DNA from: Candidatus Margulisiibacteriota bacterium
GTDB taxonomy: Bacteria > Margulisbacteria > WOR-1 > JAKLHX01 > JBAZKV01
Reading direction: 5' to 3'
Assembly: GCA_041650635.1 (NCBI GenBank)
Contig: JBAZKV010000008.1
Span: forward strand, 2,253-66,252
Length of the DNA: 64,000 bases
In this document: positions 49,767-58,806 of the stretch, one piece after another
Layout: each line of letters opens with the position of its first letter
How positions within the stretch are numbered: the stretch's first letter is position 1
Notes under the pieces: generated by a model
What the model was told of the DNA's origin: nothing
Databases searched by the model: none
What the model saw: only the letters and a program-made list of their open reading frames with translations
Position numbers and translations under genes: made by a program

Positions 49767-50768
49767 CTACTTTGTAAAGTCTATCCTCCACTGGCTGGGC
49801 GTAGCCAGGTCCCTCGTCGCGTTCCTGAGGTCCCTGAAGCCTATCAGGATCGATGCCAGGTCCCCGAAATTGGCATACCAGCTCTGCGGCACATACACAA
49901 TGTCTCCCGGCAGCATGCTTACCTCTTCGACCCCTTTTCCCCAGTCAAAGAACCTTCTCATGCCGACTTTGATAACAGTTGGACTAGAAGGGTTCCCTCT
50001 AAGCACTGCCACGCTGTCGGAAGCGGCCACTTTGGCAAAACCGCCTGCCTGGGCAATGTAATCGGCTATGCTGGCCTCTTGAACATACGGTACCGGACCT
50101 GGCTTATTGACAAGTCCCAGCACATATACCTGGTTGTAGATCTGCGGAACTATTATGGTATCGCCGTCTTTTATCATTCTGTTCTGCTCTATATCCGTTT
50201 TTGAGACCAGTTTTCTTAGGTCAACAAAGGAGGCTTCCTGACTGGAGCCATTTTTGCGGAGTATTTTGATATTGCCCATGTCCGAAAGCGCGGTAAACCC
50301 CCCCGAAGCGTTTATAAAGTTCATGACCCTTAACTCTTCTGCATTCCCGTCAGGGATCCCGTACATTCCGGGGCGGGACACTTCCCCCATTACATAGGCT
50401 TTAATGGTTTTCGGGGTTTTTATCAGGACCTTGACTTTCCCGCCCTTCAAATAAAAGCTCAGGCCCCTGTCAAGAACATCCTCCAGCTCTGCTATGGTCT
50501 TCCCTTCGACCTTGATGGCCCCCACCATAGGAACATAGATCCTTCCATCGCGGGACACCGTGACCGCATGCTGGTCGATAAGAGTGGTGGCTACAACACC
50601 CACACCTACGGGATTGACCACCAGAAGGTCCGGATTGCTGCTGTTCCAGGCCCTTATCTCCAGGACATCGCCTGGGCCTATGACATAGTTGTCTCCCATG
50701 TAGGAAAAAGCCGGAGCCAGGACGCCGGCAAAAAAGATCAAAGCCGCAGCTATTATTCTGGAAAGCAT
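49767..50768 (-). CDS. Polysaccharide export protein with SLBB domains (Wza/KpsD-like)
   Basis: YVIGPGDVL, DGRIYVPMVG, VMGEVSRPG, two SLBB repeats, PGDIVYVP. Confidence 0.88.
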   Translation of the reverse strand: MLSRIIAAALIFFAGVLAPAFSYMGDNYVIGPGDVLEIRAWNSSNPDLLVVNPVGVGVVATTLIDQHAVTVSRDGRIYVPMVGAIKVEGKTIAELEDVLDRGLSFYLKGGKVKVLIKTPKTIKAYVMGEVSRPGMYGIPDGNAEELRVMNFINASGGFTALSDMGNIKILRKNGSSQEASFVDLRKLVSKTDIEQNRMIKDGDTIIVPQIYNQVYVLGLVNKPGPVPYVQEASIADYIAQAGGFAKVAASDSVAVLRGNPSSPTVIKVGMRRFFDWGKGVEEVSMLPGDIVYVPQSWYANFGDLASILIGFRDLRNATRDLATPSQWRIDFTK

Positions 50769-50769
50769 C

Positions 50770-52038
50770 TTATTCCCCCTTCCCGGTTTTCTTGACCGTT
50801 TCGGATATCTTTCCTTTTAAGATCTCACGCGCTTTTATCAGTTGCACATCCTTTGCAGGGTCTTTGTCCATGACCGGCTCATCATCATCTTCTTCTGAAA
50901 CGGCCTCTTCCGTTCCGTTTGAAAGGTCCCTTTCCCTGCCTGTTTTGACAATTATATCCGGAATTATGCCTTTTTTCGAGATGTCAAGGCCGCTCGGCGT
51001 CTGGTATTTGGCTATCGTCACAAGTAGAGCTGATCCGTCCTGGAGCTGTCTTATATTCTGGACAGAGGCCTTGCCGAAAGAGTGATATCCGACTATGGTG
51101 CCCACATGGTTGTCCTTTATCGCCCCAGCAAGGATCTCGGAAGCGCTTGCGCTGCTCTGGTCTATCAGGACCACCAGAGGTTTTTTCCAGATGCCAGGGC
51201 CGTAGGAATATATGACATCCCTCTGCCCGTCCCTGTCAACGGTGGCAACGATCGGAAGGTCTTTGTTAAGGAACATATTGGAGATCTCCACCGCGTTGGC
51301 AAGAAGTCCTCCGCCGTTGCCTCTCAGGTCAAGGATGAGCCCTTTCATCTTTTTGCCTTCCATGAACTTGATGGCTTTTTCCATTTCTTTGTTAGCATTA
51401 AGGTTCTCAAAAGTGTTCAATTTTATATACCCGCTGTCTTTATCGAGGACCTTATACTCCACGCTCTTAATGGTGATCTTGTCCCTGATGATCCTGTATT
51501 CTTTTTGCTTTTTCTCTTTGCCTCTCAGTATCCCGATCTTCACCGCAGTGCCTTTGGGGCCCCGGATCATACTTACCGCTTCTTCAAGGCCCATATCCCT
51601 GGTTGGCTTGCCCTCTATGGTAACTATATGGTCCATTGCTTTTAGCCCGAGCCGGTCAGCCGGGGTGTCAGGAATGGGGGAAATGACTATCAGCTTTTTT
51701 TTCTTGAGTCCTATGTATATCCCTATCCCGCTGTACGAACCGTTGAGCCGGGCTTTCATCTCTTTGAAGGCAGGCGGCTCCATGAACCTCGTGTATGGAT
51801 CATCAAGCCCTTCGAGGAACCCTCTTATGGCCCCGTAAACCATCTTTTTGTCATCAAGGTCCTTTTCTACATGATCGCTTTTAACGATGTCAATTACCTG
51901 AAGAAAGACCTGTAATTTGCTGTTCAACTCATCCGCCGCCCTTACTCTCTGCGCTCCGGAAACTGCAAGAGCGATCAATAAAAGCGCCAGGGACATCGCA
52001 GCCCAGTTTATAAATCCCTTCCTCTTCCTATTTTCCAT
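50770..52038 (-). CDS. ctpA: C-terminal processing peptidase, S41 family with PDZ domain
   Basis: LDDPYT, GIGI, LDLRGNGGG, SASASEI, SFGKASVQ. Confidence 0.92.
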   Translation of the reverse strand: MENRKRKGFINWAAMSLALLLIALAVSGAQRVRAADELNSKLQVFLQVIDIVKSDHVEKDLDDKKMVYGAIRGFLEGLDDPYTRFMEPPAFKEMKARLNGSYSGIGIYIGLKKKKLIVISPIPDTPADRLGLKAMDHIVTIEGKPTRDMGLEEAVSMIRGPKGTAVKIGILRGKEKKQKEYRIIRDKITIKSVEYKVLDKDSGYIKLNTFENLNANKEMEKAIKFMEGKKMKGLILDLRGNGGGLLANAVEISNMFLNKDLPIVATVDRDGQRDVIYSYGPGIWKKPLVVLIDQSSASASEILAGAIKDNHVGTIVGYHSFGKASVQNIRQLQDGSALLVTIAKYQTPSGLDISKKGIIPDIIVKTGRERDLSNGTEEAVSEEDDDEPVMDKDPAKDVQLIKAREILKGKISETVKKTGKGE

Positions 52039-52047
52039 GCTTTCCCC

Positions 52048-53229
52048 TTACCTTGGCAGCCAGCTTACAGGATTTTTTGGAACGCCTTCTTTTCTTACTT
52101 CAAAATGCAAATGCGGGCCGGTTGACCAACCCGTGCTTCCGACCAGCCCAAGCACCTGGCCTTTTGCCACCTTCTGGTCCTTTTGCGCATAGATCCTGGA
52201 CATGTGCGCGTACAGAGTGGAAATACCCTTGCCATGGTCAAGTATGACCAGTTTTCCATATCCTCTCCACCATCCGGAGTATATCACTTCTCCCCCGTCA
52301 GCGGCTTTAATGGGGCTGCCGTGCGATGCGGCAATATCAAGACCGGTGTGGAAACTCCTTCCGCCCCAGATAGGGCTCCTCCTATATCCGAAGGTCGAAG
52401 TTATTCTGCCGTAGAGAGGCCAGATGAATGTCCCGGTACCCTGGGGGCCGGCCAGGCCTTTTGCCTTGCGTTCCGCAAGCATTTTCTTGACCATGTTCTC
52501 TATCTCTTTTGAGCTCTGTTCCAGTTCCGCAATGTTCTTTTCATACTCGCGCTTTCTCTGTTCGAGAGATTTGTAGACCTTCTGTTTTTCTTCTGCCAGA
52601 TTCTCGATATATGTTTTCTTGCTCTGTATGTTCCTTGCAAGCTTTTTTATCTCTATGGTCACGCCTTCCAGCTCTTCCTTGGTAGAACTGAGCTTTGAGT
52701 GTTCCTGCGTAAGCTGATCCACGATACCAATGTCCCTTCCGATGATCTTCTCGAAAAAGTAAGAACGGCTTATGAAGTCGGCCAATGTGTCGGCGGTCAG
52801 AAGAAGCCCGAAAAGATTTACTCCGCCCGTTCTGTATATTTCGTTGAGCCTTTTTGAAAAAAGTGCGCTCTTTGAATCCATTTTTGCCTTTGTTTCAGCA
52901 AGCGAACCTCTAAGGTATCCGATCTTGTTCTCGTTCCTCTGGATCTGGTCCTGCGCCCTTGAGAGCTGGCCTTTTGTCACTTTGAGGTCTCTGTTGATAA
53001 TGAAAAGCCTGTTTATTACGCTTTCTTCCTGCTGTTTTGTCTCTCTCAGCTTGCGCCTGCTCTGCTCCAGCTTTTTATATATTTCATCCAGCTGGTCCTG
53101 TTTTTCTTTTAGAGAATCCTTTGCATCCTTGTTCGCATATGCCTGCATTGTCCATGCGGACAAGGCAAAGACAAAAAAAATAACAAGGACAGCGACCGCT
53201 CCCGCTTTTGTTTTTGCATGATTAAACAT
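52048..53229 (-). CDS. M23 peptidase with coiled coil (EnvC-like)
   Basis: Long coiled coil followed by HTGLD, YAHMS, TGPHLHFEVR. Start uncertain. Confidence 0.9.
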   Translation of the reverse strand: MFNHAKTKAGAVAVLVIFFVFALSAWTMQAYANKDAKDSLKEKQDQLDEIYKKLEQSRRKLRETKQQEESVINRLFIINRDLKVTKGQLSRAQDQIQRNENKIGYLRGSLAETKAKMDSKSALFSKRLNEIYRTGGVNLFGLLLTADTLADFISRSYFFEKIIGRDIGIVDQLTQEHSKLSSTKEELEGVTIEIKKLARNIQSKKTYIENLAEEKQKVYKSLEQRKREYEKNIAELEQSSKEIENMVKKMLAERKAKGLAGPQGTGTFIWPLYGRITSTFGYRRSPIWGGRSFHTGLDIAASHGSPIKAADGGEVIYSGWWRGYGKLVILDHGKGISTLYAHMSRIYAQKDQKVAKGQVLGLVGSTGWSTGPHLHFEVRKEGVPKNPVSWLPR

Positions 53230-53271
53230 CAGGGATTTTTTTAGATGATAACACACCGCACAGGTCATTTC

Positions 53272-53305
53272 AAGAAAGAAAAGGCCCCCGGGTTGCGGGG
53301 GCCTT
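53272..53305 (-). terminator. Rho-independent terminator after the beta-barrel gene
   Basis: AAGGCCCCCG-5 nt-CGGGGGCCTT with a U-rich tail on the minus strand. Confidence 0.8.
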
Positions 53306-53328
53306 AGTAAAGCCGAAGTGTTGCCCGG

Positions 53329-54108
53329 TCAGAACAGATAGCTGTATCCGACCGCTGCCGACATGGCTTTCAGCGCCGGCTGAGATGAGGCGTATTTTAT
53401 CCCTCCATAACCAATTTCACCGTAGATACATCCGAAATCCTCAACAACATAGTTGCCTCCAAGGGCCGCCTCGATACCCCACGAACCGGTCCTGCCCGCA
53501 TTCACTTTCCACGGGTAAAGGAAAGAACCCGTAACATACCAGTCTATCGGCATATCCTCGGATTTCAACATATCCAGAGCATATACAAATCCAAGCCTGA
53601 GGTCGGAGATCTTATAGCTGTCATTGCCGTTGGGATTGGTTCCGGTAAGATAGTCGCCTCCCACTCTGATCTTGACCCCGGACAGCAATCCGGAGATAGG
53701 ATAATCAAGGTCCACTATCATGCCGGTGGCGCCTGCCGAAAGTCCGATCTTGGCTCCCAGCGAAATCCCGCTGCTTTTTACGGGAGCAGCCTTGGCTTTG
53801 GATGATTCCTGGGCAGGGCTTATCGGTTTTGGAGCGGGCGGCACCCATGGAGCAGCGGCCTCTGTTTCTTCAGATTCCGCCTTTGCCTTGAGGGCTTCCC
53901 ATCTTTTCAAAGTGGCCTTCTTTTCCGCCTGCATCTGTTTCATTTTCTTGGTGTTGCCCTGTTTCCTGAACTTTATGATCTTAGCGTCTACGACTTTGAG
54001 GTATTTTCTTACAGCCTGTTTTTCTTCCTCAAGAGTCCTGGCAAAAGAGGTGGACACGATCATCAGGGCAAATGAAACCATGAGCGCTACTGCCAATAAC
54101 TTTTTCAT
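53329..54108 (-). CDS. Secreted protein: basic coiled coil, Pro/Ala linker and probable outer-membrane beta-barrel
   Basis: Signal peptide ending SFA; alternating-hydrophobic strands; terminal VGYSYLF. Start MKKL at 54108. Confidence 0.7.
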   Translation of the reverse strand: MKKLLAVALMVSFALMIVSTSFARTLEEEKQAVRKYLKVVDAKIIKFRKQGNTKKMKQMQAEKKATLKRWEALKAKAESEETEAAAPWVPPAPKPISPAQESSKAKAAPVKSSGISLGAKIGLSAGATGMIVDLDYPISGLLSGVKIRVGGDYLTGTNPNGNDSYKISDLRLGFVYALDMLKSEDMPIDWYVTGSFLYPWKVNAGRTGSWGIEAALGGNYVVEDFGCIYGEIGYGGIKYASSQPALKAMSAAVGYSYLF

Positions 54109-54145
54109 TCTTTCACCACCTTTCGGGTTCGACAAAACTTGATTT

Positions 54146-54175
54146 ATGCTAACTCTAAACCCTTTATCTTGTCAA
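54146..54175 (-). promoter_or_regulatory. Possible sigma70 promoter for the beta-barrel gene
   Basis: TTGACA-18 nt-TAGCAT on the minus strand. Confidence 0.5.
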
Positions 54176-54188
54176 GGGCCGCAAACCG

Positions 54189-54911
54189 TCAGGTGCCGCA
54201 TATTTTAATTTTTCCCCAGACCCCTATTTTGTCGTCCTTAACTATAAGGACTCCGTGCAGGCCTCTGATCTTTTTTGCGGCCAGCACGCCCTTCTCAAGG
54301 TCCTTTCCGGTCTTTACGGCATTGCCGATGGCTGTTGCGGCGGCATCGGCAAGAGCGGCAGACCTTGCACAAACTGCCACAGCATCCGCGCTCCCAAAAC
54401 TGAGCGAGTGCCCTACTGTACCGGAAGAAGTGCAGATCCCTATCGGAGTATCTTCGGGACCTATCTCAAGCGCTATCCTGCCGGAAAAAGGAGAGCCGCC
54501 GGCAAGAACGGATACTCTGCGCGGGATAGAGCTCTTTATATAGATATCCCCGCCGTTCTCAACTATCACCTGCTTTGAATATTTAAGAAGCCTTTTCCCC
54601 ACATATTCGGCCACGGCGCCAGCGACCGCAGCCATGGGCCCTACACCGGTTTTTTTTGAACACCTGAGCATCTCTGCTACTATTTTAGGCGCTCCTATAT
54701 CAGAAGGCAGAGGGACAAAACTTTTCTCAAAATTGGGGTGTTTTAGTATATATTTTGTGAGGTCGATCCGGGCCTTTTTGACCAGTTCTTTTACTTTTGG
54801 GGCAAGGTCCCTGTCCGCGCAGATCAGCAGGTCGGTTTCGGCCTCAACGACCTCAAAAGAGACCAGGTCCCCGGTTTTTACCAGCGAGCGGTATGTCCTT
54901 GGCTCATACAT
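54189..54911 (-). CDS. UPF0280/ApbE-like protein
   Basis: ETDLLI, GPMAAVAGA, VENGGDI, CTSSGTVGHSLSFG, ADAAATA. Confidence 0.9.
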   Translation of the reverse strand: MYEPRTYRSLVKTGDLVSFEVVEAETDLLICADRDLAPKVKELVKKARIDLTKYILKHPNFEKSFVPLPSDIGAPKIVAEMLRCSKKTGVGPMAAVAGAVAEYVGKRLLKYSKQVIVENGGDIYIKSSIPRRVSVLAGGSPFSGRIALEIGPEDTPIGICTSSGTVGHSLSFGSADAVAVCARSAALADAAATAIGNAVKTGKDLEKGVLAAKKIRGLHGVLIVKDDKIGVWGKIKICGT

Positions 54912-56238
54912 TTTTTAGCGCGCAGCAAAGCATCTCGAGCTCTTCTTCAGTATTCATCTCCGTAACGCAAAAAAGCATGTGGTCCTTAAGGCCCGGGTAC
55001 AGGTCTTCCAGAGGAAGCCCTCCAATTATCCCTTTTTCCGAAAGAAGTTCATTTATCTTCCGTGCCGGCTTCGGCAATCTCACAGCGAACTCTCTGAAAA
55101 AGGGCCTGTCAAAAGCAAGAGAGAAACCTTTTATCGATGTTATCCTGCGTTTTAAGTCTTCTCCCTTATTATGGCAGGCTTGCGCCACATCAAGCAGGCC
55201 GCCATCCCCTTTTGAGGTCAGATAAACACACGCGGCAAGCGCGCAGAGAGCCTCGTTGCTGCAGATATTGGAGGTGGCCTTTTCTCTCCTTATATGCTGC
55301 TCTCTGGTCTGCAGTGTCAGTACATAGCCCGGCATCCCGGATGAGTCCTGGGTTTTTCCGACAACGCGGCCGGGCATATACCTTAGATACTGCTTCTTTA
55401 CGGCAAAGATACCAAGATAAGGGCCTCCGAAATTCAAAGGGTTGCCTAGCGGCTGGCCTTCTCCGACAACAATATCGGCCCCGTATTCGGACGGGCTGTT
55501 CAACACCGCAAGAGAGACCGGGTCCGCGCATGCGACAAAAAGAGCCCCTTTATCATGGGCCGCCTTTGAAAGGTCAAATACTTCTTCAAGACAGCCGAAA
55601 AAATTAGGCTGCTGTACGATCACGCAGGCGGTGTTTTCCCCGATGATCTTTTTTGCCGCGGAAAGGTCTGTGATCCCATCCTGGAACGGGACCTCTTTGA
55701 GCATTAGTCCGGAACCGGCAGCATATGCGGAAAGGACCCGGCGGTAAAAGGGGTTGACCGCTGATGAAACTACCACTTCTTTTTTCTTTGTATATGAAGA
55801 GGCAAGCAGAGCTGCTTCTGCCATAGCGGTAGAAGCGTCGTACATTGAGGCATTGGCCGCATCCATACCCGTAAGGCGGCATATCATGGTCTGGTATTCG
55901 TAGACCGCCTGAAGTATCCCCTGGCTGATCTCCGGCTGGTACGGGGTATAGGCCGTGTAGAATTCGGACCTTGAAACAATGTGCTTTACAACGGACGGGA
56001 TATAGTGGTTATAGGCCCCTGCCCCAAGAAAACTCGGTTTTTTGGAAACGGACTTGTTGCTGCCGCTCAGCAATCTCAGCTCTCTTGCAAGGTCCATCTC
56101 ACAAAGAGCCTGCGGCAGATCGATCTGAGGGTTCCTGAGCGCCTTGGGGACATCACAAAACAGCTCCTCGACAGAAGCAGCCCCGCAGACCTTGAGCATA
56201 GCCCCTCTGTCGTCGTCAGTGTTTGGGATGTAGCTCAT
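54904..56238 (-). CDS. gcvPA: Glycine cleavage system P protein subunit 1
   Basis: MSYIPNT, FLGAGAY, YTPYQPEISQG, NASMYD, LQTREQHIRREKATSNICSN. Confidence 0.95.
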   Translation of the reverse strand: MSYIPNTDDDRGAMLKVCGAASVEELFCDVPKALRNPQIDLPQALCEMDLARELRLLSGSNKSVSKKPSFLGAGAYNHYIPSVVKHIVSRSEFYTAYTPYQPEISQGILQAVYEYQTMICRLTGMDAANASMYDASTAMAEAALLASSYTKKKEVVVSSAVNPFYRRVLSAYAAGSGLMLKEVPFQDGITDLSAAKKIIGENTACVIVQQPNFFGCLEEVFDLSKAAHDKGALFVACADPVSLAVLNSPSEYGADIVVGEGQPLGNPLNFGGPYLGIFAVKKQYLRYMPGRVVGKTQDSSGMPGYVLTLQTREQHIRREKATSNICSNEALCALAACVYLTSKGDGGLLDVAQACHNKGEDLKRRITSIKGFSLAFDRPFFREFAVRLPKPARKINELLSEKGIIGGLPLEDLYPGLKDHMLFCVTEMNTEEELEMLCCALKNV

Positions 56239-56599
56239 CTAAGTACTTCTGGTAGGACGCCAGGTCCATCAGGCTTTCAAGCTGAGAGGCTTCTTTGATC
56301 TTCAGTTTTGCGATCCAACCGCTTCCGTAAGGCTCACGGTTGACGAGTTCCGGAGACGAGGACAGGGCGGCATTGACTTTGAGAACGCTTCCGGATACAG
56401 GGCTGTAAACGCTTGATACGGCCTTTACCGATTCCAGGACACAGAGCTCCTGTCCGGCCTCAAGCGTTTTGCCGGCCTCCGGCAGCTCTACAAAAACCAC
56501 ATCTCCGAGCTCTTTTTGAGCATAATCGCTCACCCCCACAGTTCCGTCTGGCGCTATCCATTCATGTTCTTTGGTATATTTTATCTCTTCCGGTTTCAA
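56216..56599 (-). CDS. gcvH: Glycine cleavage system H protein
   Basis: YTKEHEW, LGDVVFVELP, ESVKA lipoyl-Lys motif. TTG start after GGAGG. Confidence 0.95.
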   Translation of the reverse strand: MKPEEIKYTKEHEWIAPDGTVGVSDYAQKELGDVVFVELPEAGKTLEAGQELCVLESVKAVSSVYSPVSGSVLKVNAALSSSPELVNREPYGSGWIAKLKIKEASQLESLMDLASYQKYLDELHPKH

Positions 56600-56625
56600 A
56601 TCATTACCTCCCGCGATCAAGTTTG

Positions 56626-57696
56626 CTAACTAATTTTAGCATATCTTTTATAGAACGGCAGTTTTACCATTTTTGAGGGGTGCAGTTTCTCCCTGATCTG
56701 CACGGTTATTTCTCCATCCGGTAAAACAGAGCCCGGCTCGACATATCCCATAAAGACCGGCTTTTTCAGAGTCGGGGAAAATGTCCCGGATGTTACAGCT
56801 CCGATCTTTCTGCCTTTTGATATCAATACGCAGCCCTGTCTGGCTATAGCCTTGTCCAGGACTTCAAATCCGGAGAGCACTTTACTTATGCCTGAGGCTC
56901 TCTGCTCCTCCAGAGCTTTTTTCCCGGTAAATTCGCTTTTTCCAAGGTCAACGGCAAAAGAGAGGCCTGCCTCAAGAGGCGTTGTATCTTCGTCCAGTTC
57001 ATGGCCGTAGAGCGGGAGTCCCGCTTCAAGCCGCAGGCTGTCCCTGGATCCCAGGCCGCACGCTTTTGCGCCTTCAGAAATGAACCCGTCCCACAGCCGG
57101 GATGCATAAGACCTGTCAAAAAAGAACTCAAAGCCGTCCTCTCCAGTATACCCTGACCTTGAAGCAAATACCTCTACCCCCAGGACCTCCATCCATACAC
57201 AATCCCTGTGCTTTAAAGCGGAAAGGTCGGTCTTGGTCAGTTTTTGCACAATAGAAGCCGCCTGAGGCCCCTGGATGGCCACAGCGGTGCTTGAATCATA
57301 GAGTAGTTTGAACTTTTTTGAACTGCGGCAAAAATGCGAAAAAACCCTGTCCGCGTTGGAGGCATTGGCTATCACCAGAAATTCGCTCCCGGTCCTGTAA
57401 ACAAGGATGTCGTCCAGGATGCCTCCTCTTTCGTTAAGGACAAAAGAATACTGCGCGCGGTTGTCCTTTAATTTGGCCAGGTCATTGGAGGTAAGCCTCT
57501 GCAAAGCGTCAAAGTCGTCGGTCTTTATCTGGCCCATGTGCCCTATATCAAAAAGCCCGCAGCCCTGTCTGGCGTAATTGTGCTCTTCGATTATGCCTGT
57601 ATACTGTACCGGCATGACCCAGGAGGCAAAGTCCACCATTTTGGCCCCGAGCCTTAAGTGCTCTTGATAAAGCGCTGTTCTTTTTGGCTCGGACAT
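56626..57696 (-). CDS. gcvT: Glycine cleavage system T protein
   Basis: DFASWVMPVQY, FDIGHMG, SGYTGEDGFE, RDSLRLEAG. Confidence 0.95.
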   Translation of the reverse strand: MSEPKRTALYQEHLRLGAKMVDFASWVMPVQYTGIIEEHNYARQGCGLFDIGHMGQIKTDDFDALQRLTSNDLAKLKDNRAQYSFVLNERGGILDDILVYRTGSEFLVIANASNADRVFSHFCRSSKKFKLLYDSSTAVAIQGPQAASIVQKLTKTDLSALKHRDCVWMEVLGVEVFASRSGYTGEDGFEFFFDRSYASRLWDGFISEGAKACGLGSRDSLRLEAGLPLYGHELDEDTTPLEAGLSFAVDLGKSEFTGKKALEEQRASGISKVLSGFEVLDKAIARQGCVLISKGRKIGAVTSGTFSPTLKKPVFMGYVEPGSVLPDGEITVQIREKLHPSKMVKLPFYKRYAKIS

Positions 57697-57697
57697 C

Positions 57698-58783
57698 CTA
57701 AAGTATTTCCCTTAATGATCTGATGAACTCCCTGTTCTGGAAGGGTTTGCCGATCGTGACCCTTATCGCCGTGGGAAGGCCGAACGAGTTTAGAGGCCTT
57801 ATTATTATCCCCCGCTGCATCAGTTTGACAAAGACCTCTTCTGCGTTCCTTTTGAGATCTATATAAATAAAATTCGCCTGGGTCTTTAGAAAGCTGAGCC
57901 CTAGTTTCGACAGTTCTTTATACAGGTATTTTTTGCCCAGGGAATTGTTCTTAATGCTTTTTTTGACGAATTCCGCGTCGTCAAGCGCTGCCAGTGCGGC
58001 GATCTGACCGATACGGTTCACATTGAACGGCATTTTGACCAGATTAAGGCACTCTATAAGTTTTTTGCTGGCAACTCCGTACCCCACGCGCAATGCGGCA
58101 AGCCCGTATATTTTTGAAAAGGTCTTAAGAACGATCAGATTATCATATTTGCCTATCAATCCGGCAGCAGAAGTGAATTCTTCTCTCTCGCAATAGTCCC
58201 CGTAAGCCTCGTCAACGACCACTACTGTGTCTTTAGAGACTTTAGACAATAGATCTTCTATCTTTCCTGCGGCTACTATCGTTCCTGTCGGATTGTTGGG
58301 ATTGCATAGAAATACCAGCTTTGTTTTACTGTTTATCTTTTCCACAAATCCGTCAATATCGTAAGCATGGTCTTTTAAGACTACATGAAGCGGCTTGCCG
58401 TCCATAAGTTTAGTCACAAATTCGTAGACACTGAAAGTATTATCGGACAGAACGGCTTCCTGCCCTGCGCTAAGGAAAGTCTGCGCGATCAAAAGCATGA
58501 TTTCATCAGAGCCGTTGCCAACCACAAAATTATCGGGAAGAAGGCCGAACTTGTCTGCCAGCGCGTTCCTTAGAGGAACATGGTGCTGGTCGGGATATTT
58601 TGAGGACTCTTTGAGGGCCTTTTTAGCAGCACTTAAAGCCTTTGGGCTGGAGCCGAGGGGGTTTTCGTTGGAGGCAAGCTTTATAACACTGCTTAAGCCG
58701 AACTCTTCTTTGACATCCTCTTCCTGCTTGCCGGGGATATATTTCGAAAGGTTCTTCAGGCAGTCTCTTGCCAGCTGGCTCAT
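57698..58783 (-). CDS. hisC: Histidinol-phosphate aminotransferase
   Basis: KLASNENP, GNGSDE, NPNNPTG, DEAY, TFSKIYGLA. Confidence 0.93.
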   Translation of the reverse strand: MSQLARDCLKNLSKYIPGKQEEDVKEEFGLSSVIKLASNENPLGSSPKALSAAKKALKESSKYPDQHHVPLRNALADKFGLLPDNFVVGNGSDEIMLLIAQTFLSAGQEAVLSDNTFSVYEFVTKLMDGKPLHVVLKDHAYDIDGFVEKINSKTKLVFLCNPNNPTGTIVAAGKIEDLLSKVSKDTVVVVDEAYGDYCEREEFTSAAGLIGKYDNLIVLKTFSKIYGLAALRVGYGVASKKLIECLNLVKMPFNVNRIGQIAALAALDDAEFVKKSIKNNSLGKKYLYKELSKLGLSFLKTQANFIYIDLKRNAEEVFVKLMQRGIIIRPLNSFGLPTAIRVTIGKPFQNREFIRSLREIL

Positions 58784-58806
58784 GACAAAAAGATTATATC
58801 ACATCC

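Noticed and set aside
57690-57720. Glycine riboswitch before gcvT; T-boxes before leuS and thrS
   Set aside because: gcvT starts 1 nt after hisC, leuS has an ~11-nt gap after its -10 box, and the thrS leader lacks T-box motifs.
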